Assembly: GCF_006345805.1 (NCBI RefSeq)
Contig: NC_043004.1
Coordinates: forward strand, 82,522,001-82,586,000
Direction of reading: 5' to 3'
DNA from: Octopus sinensis
Lineage: Eukaryota
Length of the DNA stretch: 64,000 nucleotides
In this document: positions 25,735 through 39,529 of the stretch, in pieces
Layout: each line of letters opens with the position of its first letter
How positions within the stretch are numbered: the stretch's first letter is position 1
Made by a program: the position numbers and the translations under genes
Notes under the pieces: generated by a model
What the model was told of the DNA's origin: nothing
Database searches by the model: none
What the model saw: only the letters and a program-made list of their open reading frames with translations

Positions 25735-26616
25735 TCTCAACCACAGACATTTTTGAAGACGTCATTTCATAATTAATAATGCTCCACTGATGTTTTTGCA
25801 TTTCCTAGAAGTTTTAGTATCTTTCTTGGGTCACCTTCAGAGTAAAGAATAAAGAGGAAAAGGAAGGGCCTAGAGAAGAAAAAGGAATGGTCGAATAAGG
25901 TTATAATCATACAATTTTGCTTCTGTACCTTTTGGGTGGGGGGGTGTTAAGCAGATTACTAATGATAAATTAATACTTGTTCGGTTAATGCTTAATACGA
26001 ATGGTGGATAAGATGAATAAATAATAACTTTATATATATATATATATACAGCTTATATAAAATCCGTTCGGACTGTCTGTCTATATGTCTTCACGGAACT
26101 CGGGTTTCCTCCAACCGATTACGCTCAAATTTGATATGTAGATATCGACGGTATCGGGGCGTGTATAAGACTTGAAAAAATTACAAAAATCGATTCTAGG
26201 TGAGAGTGTGATCGATAAAGCCGTTTTTGTTCTGCTTTTCTTCCGTCAACATGTCAACATGTACATAACTGTATCTTCCAATTTTGTTGTTTTTGTATTT
26301 CTTAAAGGTACGTTTCTTTCCTTCCTAGCTTACTGTTTAAACCATGTTTGTGTTCACCCAGTCAACAACCTTATCATTATTGGTAATTTAAAATCTTCGG
26401 TTACATATTTGTGTGAATAAATTGGAATAGAAAAAAAAGTCTATCTTTATTTCTTCTTTTGCTAGTATCTCAAATTTAGGTTAAATCAGTGTTTCTCTAA
26501 GGCGAGGCCTAAGGAACGGTCGGACAAGTTGTTTTGAGAAAATTTGGTTTATATACTTGACAACTCAAGCTTGTCCATTGTACAAGGGGCGTTTTCCACG
26601 TACATATATATACATG

Positions 26617-26702
<86 letters not shown>

Positions 26703-27292
26703 TGTAAGTAAAGATCAAGTATTTCTCCATTCCAAGTACATACGGAAATATCCACGTAGCTATATTAGTCTTCACCTTGGTAAAAAGTGATAAACATACA
26801 TCTGTGATTCATCCAATGATATATTTTTACCTATTGGATTGGATTAATGATGTTGATCAAATGGATAATTACAGATAATACGGTCTATACCGTACTCATA
26901 CACATACATATATATAACAGTTAATACACACACAGACACACACACACATGCACGCATATATATAAAGGTGTGTTCGGAAATGTTCCAGGCTTCGGAAATA
27001 ATGATTTAGAAGGAGATCACGAAACTATTGCAGCTGTACTTCAGTTTCTCTCATATTTCTAATGAACTTTTTAATATTTTCTCACGATATTTTTTTGTAA
27101 ACTGTTTTTAATATTTTAAATTTTTTTATCAAAAAATGTATATATGTATTGTGATATTTTGTGACAACCAGTACTTAACACAACAAAACATTTACAAAGG
27201 TTTACATTTTAATTTTGACAAAATGTTTCTAAAAAGTGAAACCGTTCAAGTGATTAATTACCTTTAAAATTGCATTTTCAAAAGGTTTTTTC

Positions 27293-27433
<141 letters not shown>

Positions 27434-27515
27434 TAATTAAGGGTAGAAATTGATATTTATCAATTAAGACCAGTGGTCTAGCATATTAAAAAAGAATCCG
27501 AAGATTAAAATATTT

Positions 27516-27678
27516 ATATATACCAATTAAGGACTGAACACGAAAAGTGGACAGTCAACATGCTAGATATGTCAACATGCTGAGTTTGATCTGAGAACAT
27601 AATCTTTTGTGGTGAATGGCGATTTGACGTCTATATCTAGCATGTTGACTGTCCACTTTTCGTGTTCAGTCCTTAATT

Positions 27679-27687
<9 letters not shown>
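27516..27687. repeat. Inverted repeat (about 55-bp arms, about 62-bp spacer) inside a (TA)n array
   Basis: atatataccaattaaggactgaacacgaaaagtggacagtcaacatgctagatat at 27516-27570, with its reverse complement at 27633-27687. Confidence 0.9.
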
Positions 27688-27716
<29 letters not shown>

Positions 27717-28284
27717 ATATCTTATATGTAAGAGAAATCTTATATAAAAGACAAATCTCCTTATACGTCGCAGATAATAGAACTAGTCAATGCACATCAA
27801 TTTGGAACCAACGCTCAATACAATAGAAACTAATGGAAAAGAATAAAATATCGATATTGTAATTAATATACAAGCGAAAGTCAAATGAACATCAGAGTAA
27901 AATAAAACATAACTTCATAATAGATTGTTGCAATTCATTTTCCTATAAGCTTAAAAAAGTGTTGATTGAATATAAATCATTTAAGCTTTATATCTTAAGA
28001 AGCTTATCGAGTAATATTTAATTTGACGTGTATTTTAAATACATAGCAACAGATTTGAAATAATCCTTACATACAAACAAAGCGTGAGACATTATATAAC
28101 AGCTTTATCCGAGATCCTTATTTCCAGTTCTTTCGTGGCACACGAAGCTTTGCAACGCTCATAGCTTTATTTAGAAGCTAAATTGAAGGCTGCAGATCTT
28201 AAACAAAAACAAGGCCTCTCTGTTTTATGTCAACGTGTTTAACTCTCTATAAAGAAGTTGTGAGAATTTTTTATTACAAAAAGT

Positions 28285-29591
28285 ATGGAATTAAAAGAAA
28301 CACGATTCTACAAAATATTACAATTTTATGGAAAAATTAATATTTCTAAGGTATCACTTATGAACATATCACTGAAATCTCTCAAATGTAAAAATATCTG
28401 TATCTCTGCCTTCAATATCCTGTATACTGCATATCTGACTACAAACCCCATTATACCTATGTATTATATAATAGAATTGTTTCATAGCAATAGTGATGGA
28501 ATATTTGGAGAAATGTATGCTCAATTTTTACTGTGTTTGCTTTCACTCTACTGTCTGATCAAATTCTTCCGAAAATCTAAAGACAAAGAAATACTCGAAG
28601 CATTTACCGAACTTAAAATTGAAGAAGACGATGAAAATTTCTATAACAATAACTTATTATTTTCTTTTATATCACTTTCTATAGTTGTATTGCTGCCACC
28701 AATTTTACTCGCTCTGATTGGCATCGTTCTCTTGATCTATGCTTGGAATTCCTCAACAAAATATTTAAGCAGCATCGAAGTTAGTATTTGGTTAATTTAC
28801 TATTTATTTGAGAGTATATTATATGCGTGCATACTATATGATTGGTATATCAATATGGCAATTGGAACTGCACTGCAGTATGAGTTTAATAAAGTAGCGA
28901 GCGAGGCTGAGAGATACGTAAAAGAAAAGCATTCAAATACTTCGTATTTCTTTAAGAAATATAAAGAGATTCCAGAAATATGTAATTCACATGATACTCT
29001 GAGTAAGTTACTGAATTTAGCAAATGCATCATTTCAAATGTCTTCGGGATTTATCGCACTTCTTAGTATTACTGGATGTTGTGTTGCTACATATATAATT
29101 ATAAATAATTCATACAAAATGATGCTCACTTATTACCTTTCCATTATGTTTGTGGCTTCTGTGAAAGTGATTTTTCTAATCACAATGATACGGATTGGAG
29201 TTCGTTTAAATGAATCGGTAAGTTATATAATAATATATATTCGTACTTTTTCTTCAGTTTTATATCACATATTATGTCATAAAAGATGTCGTATATGTTA
29301 TCCAATTTCCTTGGTGTTTTAAATTTAAGTGATATCTTATCTTCTGATATCCGTCCTGCATCTTTTGATTCCCAAATGTGAACATGAGATAGAGGTAAAA
29401 AATGGAGGAAAATCTGCCATCATTACCACTAGGTCTATTATATCTACCACCAACTAATTTTTTTCTCATTCCATCATTCATTCAAACTTTCTCTGTGTCC
29501 CGGGACTTTGCAACAGTTCTTTGTTAAATGTGATAGGGATGCCACACAAGTTCTCACTTATTCAAGAGATGATGAGGGTTTGTGTGAATAG
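28285..29591 (+). CDS. GR/GRL-like multi-TM receptor A3, intact first coding segment
   Basis: ORF 28285..29322 (345 aa read-through). GTAAGT at 29218 after 311 codons; acceptor at 29516; putative exon 29517..29591 (FFVKCDRDATQVLTYSRDDEGLCE*). Confidence 0.72.
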
Positions 29592-30096
29592 TTAAAAATC
29601 TGTTTACATGGACGTGCTATTGGCCAATGTTAGTAATGGTTTTATTTCTAGCAGACAATGTTACGATATTCTAATAATTCAATAACAATAAGTGATGTCA
29701 ATATCAGACATTTTTTGAAGACGTCATTATAAAATTAATAATGCTCCACTGATGTTTTTGTATTTTCTAGAAGTTTTATTTTCTTTTTTGGGTCATGAAT
29801 TTATTTCATTATTTCCTTATTTCTTTACTTCGTTCATTTTTTGTTTTTCTTTCTTTCTTTTGTTGAACCTGCTCTTGCTCGTCCTCTTCTTTCACCTAGT
29901 TTTTCTACTAATTAAAAACAGCAACCACAAGAACAACTAAATAACAAACAACAAAAAACAGCAACAATAATAATCCTTCTTAAATCACTTTCAATACTCT
30001 AACCATAAGAGCACCACAACAAACCATAACACTTACCCAAGGCAAACAGAGCTCTGCTTTGTAGTGCAATGAACGCGCATGATAAAAAAAACTACT

Positions 30097-30630
30097 GAAT
30101 AATAATAATAATAATAATAACAATAATAATAATAATGATAATAATAAAAATTAATAATAATAATAATAACAATAATAATAATAATAATAATAATAATAAC
30201 GATAATAATAATAATAATAGTAATAATAATATTAAAAATAACAACAATAATAATAATAATAATAATGATGATAATAATAAAAATAGTAACAAAATTTATA
30301 GCAAAAATAATAACAGTATGGAGCCCAACAACCGATCGCTGATGTCAACCGGATGTAAATGAACGAACAAGTGAGTTTAGTTTAATGGCCTACCAATGTA
30401 TACAATGAGTTTCTGTGCTCTAGGAGTTGTGAAGACACCCGTCAAGAAATAGAAGCAAATTTGAAAGAAGAGGAAAAAAAAGATAACAATAATGATAATA
30501 ATAACAATAATAATAATAACAATAATAATAATAATAATAATACTGATGATAATAATAATACTGATGATAATAATAATAATAACAACAACAACAATAATAA
30601 TAATAATAATGATGATGATAATTATAAAAA
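30097..30630 (+). repeat. Two compound (AAT)n arrays separated by a duplicated flank and a 3' UTR fragment of Dong family E2 (30358..30483)
   Basis: 30358-30483 matches the E2 3' UTR at about 10240-10362. The flank aaaatagtaa..tgtaaatg occurs twice (about 30280-30360 and 30627-30708). Confidence 0.8.
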
Positions 30631-31435
30631 TAGTAATAAAATTTATAGCAAAAATAATAACCGTATGGAGCTCAACAACTGATCGCTGACGTCAACCGTC
30701 TGTAAATGCGGACAGATGATGTTGGGAGGGGCTTCACAGCAGTAGAAAAATTTATACAGAAAATTGTAGTTCAGTACTTACAGAGCACTACTGATAGATT
30801 ACTAGAGTACATACATACATATATATATATATTTATATTTATATTTATATATATGACAGAAAATGGAGAAATATTAAGGGAAGCCAATTGAATGACATCA
30901 ATTATTATTATTTAATTCAATACAAATAGACTTCATCCCATCTAAGAGCTGTGTCTAATTCTATTTCTATTGCCATTGACATGCTAAAGATATCTATATG
31001 GAGCTTCAACAGATGGAGGAAAAAATAAAAAGGAAGAGCCTAGAGAAGAATAAGGAAACGTTGAATATGGTTAAAAGTGTAATATTTTGCTTGTGTATCT
31101 CTTTGGTACACTAAGTAAATGACAAAGTTTAAAATAGTATATGGTAGGTTAATCCTTGGTACGAGTGAGAACAGGAATGATATACACAAACACACACGCA
31201 CACACGCACACACGCACACACGCACACACACAAACACACACACACATATATGACTTGTTTTATTTATATTTCCTGAGCGCCATACTAATACAATTGTTTG
31301 TTTGTTTTCCACCTGCCTTCGTCTTTAGTCTATTTTCATAAAGCTTCCCATTATATATATATATACATACATACATGTACATGTATATCTGTATCTATAT
31401 ATATATATATATATCCATCTATCTATATCTATATC

Positions 31436-31665
31436 TATTTCTTTATTACCCACAAGGGGCTAAACACAGAAAGGGGAAACTAGGCAGGCATAGGTATTAA
31501 GTCTATTACATTTACCCCAGTGCATAAATGGTACTTTATTAATCGACCCCGAAAGGATGAAAAGCAAAGTCGACCTCGGCGGAATTTGAACTCACAACGT
31601 AACGCAGACGAAATACCGCTAAGCATTTCGCTCGGCGTTCTAACGTTCCTGCCAGCTCGCCGCCT
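31436..31665 (-). mobile_element. tRNA-derived SINE (octopus type)
   Basis: Minus strand aggcggcgagcTGGCAGGAACGttag..GAGTTCAAATTCC gives Pol III A- and B-box-like motifs, followed by the core gtcgactttgcttttcatcctttcggggtcg and the tail ..ccccttgtgggtaataaagaaat. Confidence 0.8.
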
Positions 31666-31739
31666 ATCTACCTGCCTATCTAAGTATCCATCTATCTATC
31701 TATCTGTATATATATATATATGTTGTATATATATAATGT

Positions 31740-31856
<117 letters not shown>

Positions 31857-32794
31857 ATATATATATGTATATAGAACGCGCTGTAGAATCGTTAGCTTCT
31901 ACATGCATTTTATTTTCTCTCCTTGTTTCTCTCGTGTTTCTTTTCTGTGTATCTTTCTGTGTATATTTCTATTCTTGAGCGCCATACTAATATAATTGTT
32001 TATTTGTACTCCACCTGCCTTCGTCTTTTGTTTATTTTCGTAAAGCTCCCGTTATATGTATATATATATGTATATAGATATAAAACACAAAGCTAGATAT
32101 TATGTACTTCGCCATTCCAAGTACACATGGAAATATCCATGCAGCTACAAAGACTTCGACTTGGTTAAAATGCATAAACATCACACTGTAATTCATTCAC
32201 TGATGCTGTATCACCCGATGAATTTGATTAATGATGTTGAAGAACCACATGATCACGGACGATACGACCGATACTGTTAACATCGCAATGATACAGTCTC
32301 TGATATTAAAGTCATGTAATTTGTTGAAACGCATGCCATTGAATCTATTTAACAGAGGTTTTGTTGAACCTCCTGGAGTCTTGCATGCATTGCCTGCTTG
32401 TTACCTGCGATGTTCCCGAAGTTGTTATCCATTCTTTTCAGCTACATATTTCTTTCCTCATTCTTCTCATTGTCTGGTTTTGTGTAGATGCAATTTCTGC
32501 ATGACGAATGGACGTACACTGTGCAAGCACATTGCACATTTTATCGAAAGGCGTTACAATTTGTTAAAGTCTTATTAACATCATTATTTGATACATTTCT
32601 TTAGACACATTTCCCGAACATTGAGTTTTTTTGCTTCAATGTTAGGCACCAACCGGTCTTTTTATCGAGACACCATTCGTACTAAGTTTGGAAGCCAAGA
32701 CTACAGGGTTCTTAAAACCCATAAGTTGGGCCTGTTTCCATCGTATCGATATTATTATTATTATATACATAAATACGCACATATATATACATAT

Positions 32795-32886
<92 letters not shown>

Positions 32887-33439
32887 ACATGTTCACATAA
32901 TAAACATATACATATGTACATATATATAACTGTGTGGATATGCGTGTTAGTGTGTGCCTGTGTTTATCTGTGTGTAATGTTCGGGTGTAGAATTGTTTAC
33001 AGAAACATACATATATAAAGATGATACATATACACACACGCACAAACACACACACACACACGCACATACACACACACACTCACACACAGATGCATATATT
33101 TATGGGATTGTGTTCGGAAATATTCCTGGTTTCGACGAAAGTAAATAGAATAGGATCAGTCGGTTATGATTTTCCCGCACATAGTTCCCCCAATCACGCT
33201 GCAAATCACGCACCTGTTGCAGCGGTGCTTCAGTCTTTCTAAGCCAATTAAAGGGATACGAAAATTCGGGGCTCGTACAAGGCACTTCGTGATACCCTTA
33301 AAGCGAGGAAATTTTTAGCGCCACCCCTACCTCATATACAAATACAAACACATGTATACGCACACAAACACTCAGACACATACAATAAACATAACACACA
33401 CACACACACACATATATATATATGTGTGTGTATATATAC

Positions 33440-33512
<73 letters not shown>

Positions 33513-33514
<2 letters not shown>

Positions 33515-34720
33515 AGAAACTCTCAGAATCCTTCCAGCTTGAACTTCCACAAGGCAAACTGGAAACAAATTGAGAAAGAGATCCTCAAACAACACTGGCC
33601 TGAATGCCTGTATATCAAGCCATATGCTACACATGTGTCCAAGAGAGAAAGGCCATGGACACAAGAGCAAAAGCCCAAAAAGAAGAAACTTCCAAGGAGA
33701 CGGCGTAGAAATGTTTCAAATCGCCTAAACAAACAAATTGAAAGCAGTGAAAAGTCCCGCCTGAAAATAAAACTGTTGGAAATTGAAAAATGTCTGAAAC
33801 TCTCCCATGAAAAAGAAGGAGTAGACAAAGAAGCATGGGCTATAGACAAAATAAAATCTAACCCCAGAGCTTTCTACAGGTATGCCAAAGAAACGGCTAC
33901 GATGCACTGTAAGATAGGACGACTCCTTGAAAAGGATGGCACACTCACAGGAAATCCAATGCAGATAAGTGAAATACTAAATGAGCAATTCAAGAGTATT
34001 TTCACTCCACCCTTAGGGCATTTTCAAGTCAGCAATCCAACTGACTTCTTTACCACTGCAGATATAAAATCAGAGGCAGCGATGATTGATTACATCAATA
34101 TAAAGGAAGATGATATAATAAAGGCTATTGATGAAATGAAAACAAACTCAGCTACTGGCCCCGATGGATTCCCAGAAATCCTTCTAAAAGTATGTAAGAG
34201 ATTCCTAGCAAAACCACTGCAGTTCCTCTTTCAGAGCTTCCTTGCAACTGGCGAACTTCCAAGAAAACACAAGGAAGGTAAAATATAAAGTCGATCATGG
34301 AATGATATGTCACAAACTGCGTGATCTTGGCATAGTTGGAAAATTGGGAGAATGGCTTCATGACTTTCTGAAGGATAGAAGTCAGGTGGTAGTATCCAAT
34401 GGGGCCACTCCCCGTAACGCGCAAATAGTGAGCGGTGTTCCGCAAGGCACTGTTCTGGGACCACTACTGTTCATAATGGCCCTCTCAGACATGCCCTCAG
34501 CCACGCAGAGAGCCACGATCACAAGTTATCGAGATGATACAAAAGTTTCACAGGCAATACAGAACCCTGAAGACACTAAGCACCTGCAATGTGAGCTGAA
34601 CAAAATATAAAAATGGGCTGAAAAGAATAGCATGCAGTTCAATGCTGAAAAGTTTCAAGCTTTATACTATCAGCAGGCAAAACTAAATGCGATACCTAAT
34701 AAATACACTGGACCTGAAGT
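33513..34720 (+). mobile_element. Fragmented CR1-like LINE (related to the 17179 element) inserted in (TA)n
   Basis: NPRAFYRYAK, SATGPDGFPEILLK, KVDHGMICHKL, GVPQGTVLGPLLF, YRDDTK. Internal deletion at about 34265; truncated at both ends. Confidence 0.85.
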
Positions 34721-35079
34721 ATTAGTAGTAGACTTAGTACTGCTTGCTATAGGGACTGGTAACCATTACAATCTGTAGCGGCGAACGTCGTTCTGAGGCT
34801 AACCAAAGAATTTTTACTTTTAGATATAACTGAGGTACTTAAATGTACTTATGTTCTTTGCTTCGGCTTTTTCTATAGGTGCATGTAAGTATCTTACTTA
34901 TATTCTATCGTAAGCTCTAACGATGAAGAAAAAATCCTTTATGAGATTAATTCCGAAATTGATTCAATATAGAGATAACGAAATTTAAATATTCTAGCGG
35001 TTAGTTTGCCCGACTTCAGTTCAATTTTTCTGTAGCAAGTGCATTATATGTGGAAAATCAGTTATATATATATATAAGT

Positions 35080-35117
<38 letters not shown>

Positions 35118-35130
35118 ATATATATATAAT

Positions 35131-35435
35131 TTAATTCGAGACAAAACCACTATTTTGCAAAACAAACAAGGAAAGACTTAATCAATACATAAAAATTTTT
35201 AATATGAAGAAATAAACCGCCACTTCAATCGTTTCATGTCTTCAATGACATTCGTCAGGTGGATTTTCGATCTCCTAATTAAAACAGGTTAGGAGATCGA
35301 AAATCCACCTGACGAATGTCATTGAAGACATGAAACGATTGTAGTGGCGGTTTATTTCTTTATATTAAAAATTTTATGTATTGATTAAGTCTTTCCTTGT
35401 TTGTTTTGCAAAATAGTGGTTTTGTCTCGAATTAA
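35131..35435. repeat. Near-perfect palindrome (about 148-bp arms, 10-nt loop) carrying hammerhead motifs
   Basis: 35131-35278 is the reverse complement of 35289-35435 with a few mismatches; flanked by (TA)n on the left. Confidence 0.95.
35305..35347 (+). ncRNA. Minimal type-I hammerhead ribozyme (canonical core)
   Basis: CCAC-CUGACGA-AUGUC(AUUGAA)GACAU-GAA-AC(GAUU)GU-A-GUGG, with a GUA cleavage triplet. The inverted copy at 35220..35262 has GAA instead of GUA. Confidence 0.78.
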
Positions 35436-35547
35436 TATTATATAATATGTTACTATAAAATTGGATTTAATCCTAAATCTGATTTTTTCCCTGTAAATTT
35501 GGATTTATTCCCTAATATTTATTATTATATATATATATATATATATG

Positions 35548-35619
<72 letters not shown>

Positions 35620-35664
35620 TCAATAAATGGTGGGGTTGTGTTGACCGCACGTGGAGAAATGATA

Positions 35665-37537
35665 AGTAATGAAAAATCTTTTTAAAAAATGCAGAATGCT
35701 CAAATGAAAGAAAATTTTAATAAAATGAGAAATTGATAAAATATATAAATATATATTTATTCAACCGGTTTTCGTCATTGTATGACTTGTCAAGAATATT
35801 TATGTTTTAAAAAGTTTTTTTTTAAATTAGAAAGGGGAAAAAAAGAAAATTGCATTGTTTTTTGTAAAAGAATAATGATAAAAATGTACAAAAATTAAAA
35901 AATAAGTTCTCCGATACATTGTGAGTTCGTTGTGTATCTTGAGTTTTATGGTTGTTTACGAAAAAATTACCTTGAGGTGTTAAGATCCAAAGGGATTAAG
36001 AGCATGTGTTGTGTTGTTAAATTCAGCATGTTTGCAGGACAGGAAGTAGTAGTAATTGTGGTCCTGGTTCTTCAGTTCCTGTGTTGTGAGTAATTATGTT
36101 GGCAACCAGCGCATGTGAGAACGTAGATAAGGTTCTCGCAGGAACAGGAGAAGTTAGTCTTGATTTTAAACTTCGTACCTTGTTTGAAGGTAAATTCAGA
36201 GCCTTCAAGTAGAAAGGGGCAGGTACCACAGTTTGAGCGTGCACGTTTTTTTACTGTTGGGGGTGCATGTGGTGTGTGAAGTTTGGCATTTGTCAAGAGT
36301 TTTTTTAAAGATTTGTGTTGCCTTTTGCATTTGAGGATTTTGTGTGTATTTATAATGTTTTTCATTTTTGGGTCTGTTGACAGTAGACTGAGGTTTTGTA
36401 TGATTGTGGTGTATGCTTCGATATTTTTGGGGTTGTGGTACGAAGTTTAAAATCAAGACTAACTTCTCCTGTTCCTCCGAGAACCTTATCTACGTTCTCA
36501 CATGCGCTGGTTGCCAACATAATTATGTTGGACAAACGAGTCTCCCGTTACGTAAACGAGTAACGGTGCATAAAGAACAAATAAATCTCCCGGAATACCG
36601 ACAAATTCCACTGAGTGACCACTTAGACTCATGTGCTAAAGACTTAAACCCCAAATTCTATATATTCCCCTTCTACCAATGTAAAGACGGGATCACCACA
36701 CAGGAGAGAATTAACAAGGAGAATCTCTTTATTGAAAAATTCCAAACACAACTTAATATGCAAACTCGTCGTTGATCAAACTTCCTTTCTCTACCTCACT
36801 CTTCATGGATGGACTAATACAAATATATAAAGATACCATGCATTCATCACTTCAAGCTAAAACTTATATTCTTTAAATATCATTTTTACTATTGTTGTTA
36901 TTACTATCATTTTTATTATAAATGATATGACAATTTGAAATGCAAGTGTCTATGCAGATTTATATAATTAGAAAATAATATAAATAAAGTGTTAAAATCT
37001 GAAAGTTAAGTTAACAAGCAATTATAAAAAAAGATAACGCAAATGAAGCTAAAATGAATAATTTTATAATTTGGGTTTTATTGAAGAACTCAAAAGAGTT
37101 GTCTCCCCTTACTCACAACACAGGAACTGAAGAACCAGGACCACAATTACTACTACTTCCTGTCCTGCAAACATGCTGAATTTAACAACACAACACATGC
37201 TCTTAATCCCTTTGGATCTTAACACCTCAAGGTAATTTTTTCGTAAACAACCATAAAACTCAAGATACACAACGAACTCACAATGTATCGGAGAACTTAT
37301 TTTTTAATTTTTGTACATTTTTATCATTATTCTTTTACAAAAAACAATGCAATTTTCTTTTTTTCCCCTTTCTAATTTTTAAAAAAACTTTTTAAAACAT
37401 AAATATTCTTGACAAGTCATACAATGACGAAAACCGGTTGAATAAATATATATTTATATATTTTATCAATTTCTCATTTTATTAAAATTTTCTTTCCTTT
37501 GAGCATTCTGCATTTTTTAAAAAATTTTTTCCTTACT
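35665..37537. mobile_element. Penelope-like (Neptune-type GIY-YIG) fragment in an inverted, fold-back arrangement
   Basis: Plus ORF 36404..36775 has FSCSSENLIYVLTCAGCQHNYVGQT..LRKR..H..KENLFI..LN. Minus ORF 36072..36365 carries the linker (NCGTCPF). Inner inverted repeat 36091-36179/36437-36525; outer arms of about 430 bp at 35665-36093/37109-37537. Confidence 0.85.
37404..37444 (+). ncRNA. Hammerhead-like motif, U3:A8 variant (inverted copy 35758..35798)
   Basis: UAUUC-UUGACAA-GUCAU(ACA)AUGAC-GAA-a-ACCGGU-U-GAAUA: stems I and II are perfect and stem III is palindromic. One extra A is present. Confidence 0.55.
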
Positions 37538-38094
37538 ATATATATATATATATATATACATATATCTATATATGTATATATGTATATGTATATATATATC
37601 CTTCTGCCTGTCTGGCTGTGTGTCTTCTCGGATCTCATGCATCCTCATATCCGATTGCGCTCAAATGTGATATGTAGATACCGATGGTATCAGGGCGTAT
37701 ATAAGTATTGAAAAAATTACAAGGATCGACTCTAGGCGAGAATGCGATCGATAAAGCCGTTTTTGTCCTGCTTTTCTTCCGTTGTTTTTGTACTGCTTAA
37801 AGGCACGTTTCTTTCCTGCCAAGCTTACTGTTTAAACCATGTTTGTGCTCTCCCAGTCAACAACCTTACCATTACTGGTACATTAAATTCTTCATTTGCA
37901 TATATGCGTGAATAAAAACATTTTTTGTGAAAAGAAAAATAAGTCTATCTTTATTTCTTCTTTTGCTGGTGTCTCAAATTGAGGTTAAATCAGTGTTTCT
38001 CTATGAAACGGTCGGACAAGTTGTTTTGAGAAACTTTTGTTTAAATGTTTGACAACGGATGCCCGTATATAGGACGGGGGACTTTCGCTCGTCT

Positions 38095-38175
<81 letters not shown>

Positions 38176-38833
38176 CGTGTGTGTATATATATATAAGTAA
38201 AGATCAAGTACTTCTCCATTCCAAGTACATACGGAAATATCCACATAGCTTCATTAGCATTCATCTTGGTAAGAAGGGATAAACCTACATCTGTGATTCA
38301 TCCACTGATATATTTTCACCAAATGGAATGGATTAATGATGTTGATCAAATGGATAATTACGGATAATACGGACGATACTGTACTCATACACATACATAA
38401 ATAGAATAGTTAATACACACACACACCCATGTGCATATATATAAAGGTGTGTTCGGAAATGGTCCTGGATTATGCAAAAATATAATACAAGGAGATCAGT
38501 CGGTTATGATACCCTCAACAGTGCTCCCTCACTCTGCGACCCACGACACTATTGCAGCTGTACTTCAGTTTCTCTAATATCTTTATAGAACTTTTTAATA
38601 TTTTCTGAAGATATTTACTTGTAAACTGTTATTATTATTTTTTTCTATTTTTATCAAAGAATGTATATATATATATACATACCGTGTTATTTTGTGACAA
38701 CCAGTACTTAACACAACAAAGCTTTTACAAAGCTTTACATTTTAATTTTGACAATATTTTTCTAAAAAAGTGAAACCGGTCAAGTGATTAAACATCTTTA
38801 AAATGGCATTTTCAAAAGGTTTTTTAATATATA

Positions 38834-38897
<64 letters not shown>

Positions 38898-38983
38898 TAT
38901 ATATATATATTTAAGTGGCATCTTATATGTAAGAGAAATAAACATGTTTAAAATTGCATTTACAAAAGTTCTTTCAAATATAT

Positions 38984-39023
<40 letters not shown>

Positions 39024-39529
39024 TTAAGTCACATGTCATGTGTAAGAGAAATCATATATAAAAGACAAATCCTCTTATACGTCGCAGAAATTAGAGTTAC
39101 TCAATGCACATCAATTTGGAACCAACGCTTCATACATTACAAACTAATGGAGAAGAATAAAATATCGATATTGTAATTAATATACTTGCGAAAGTCAAAT
39201 GAACATCAAAGTAATATCACACATAAATTCATAATAGATTGTCGCAATTCATTTTCCTATAAGCTATAAAACGTGTCGATTAAATATAAATCATTTCAGA
39301 TTAATATCTTAAGAAGTTTATCGAGTAATATTCAATTTGACGTGTATTTTAAATCCATGGCAACAGATTTGAAATAATTCTTACATACAAACATAGCGGG
39401 AGACATTATATAACAGCTTTATCCGATAGCTTTATTTCCAATTCTTTCGCAACACACAGAGCTTTGCAACACTCTCACCTTAATATAGAGATCTTAATAT
39501 ACTCACTCTCACCTTAATATAGAGATCTT

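Noticed and set aside
31581-31654. tRNA gene
   Set aside because: A and B boxes are present, but there is no cloverleaf and the sequence continues into a SINE body and tail.
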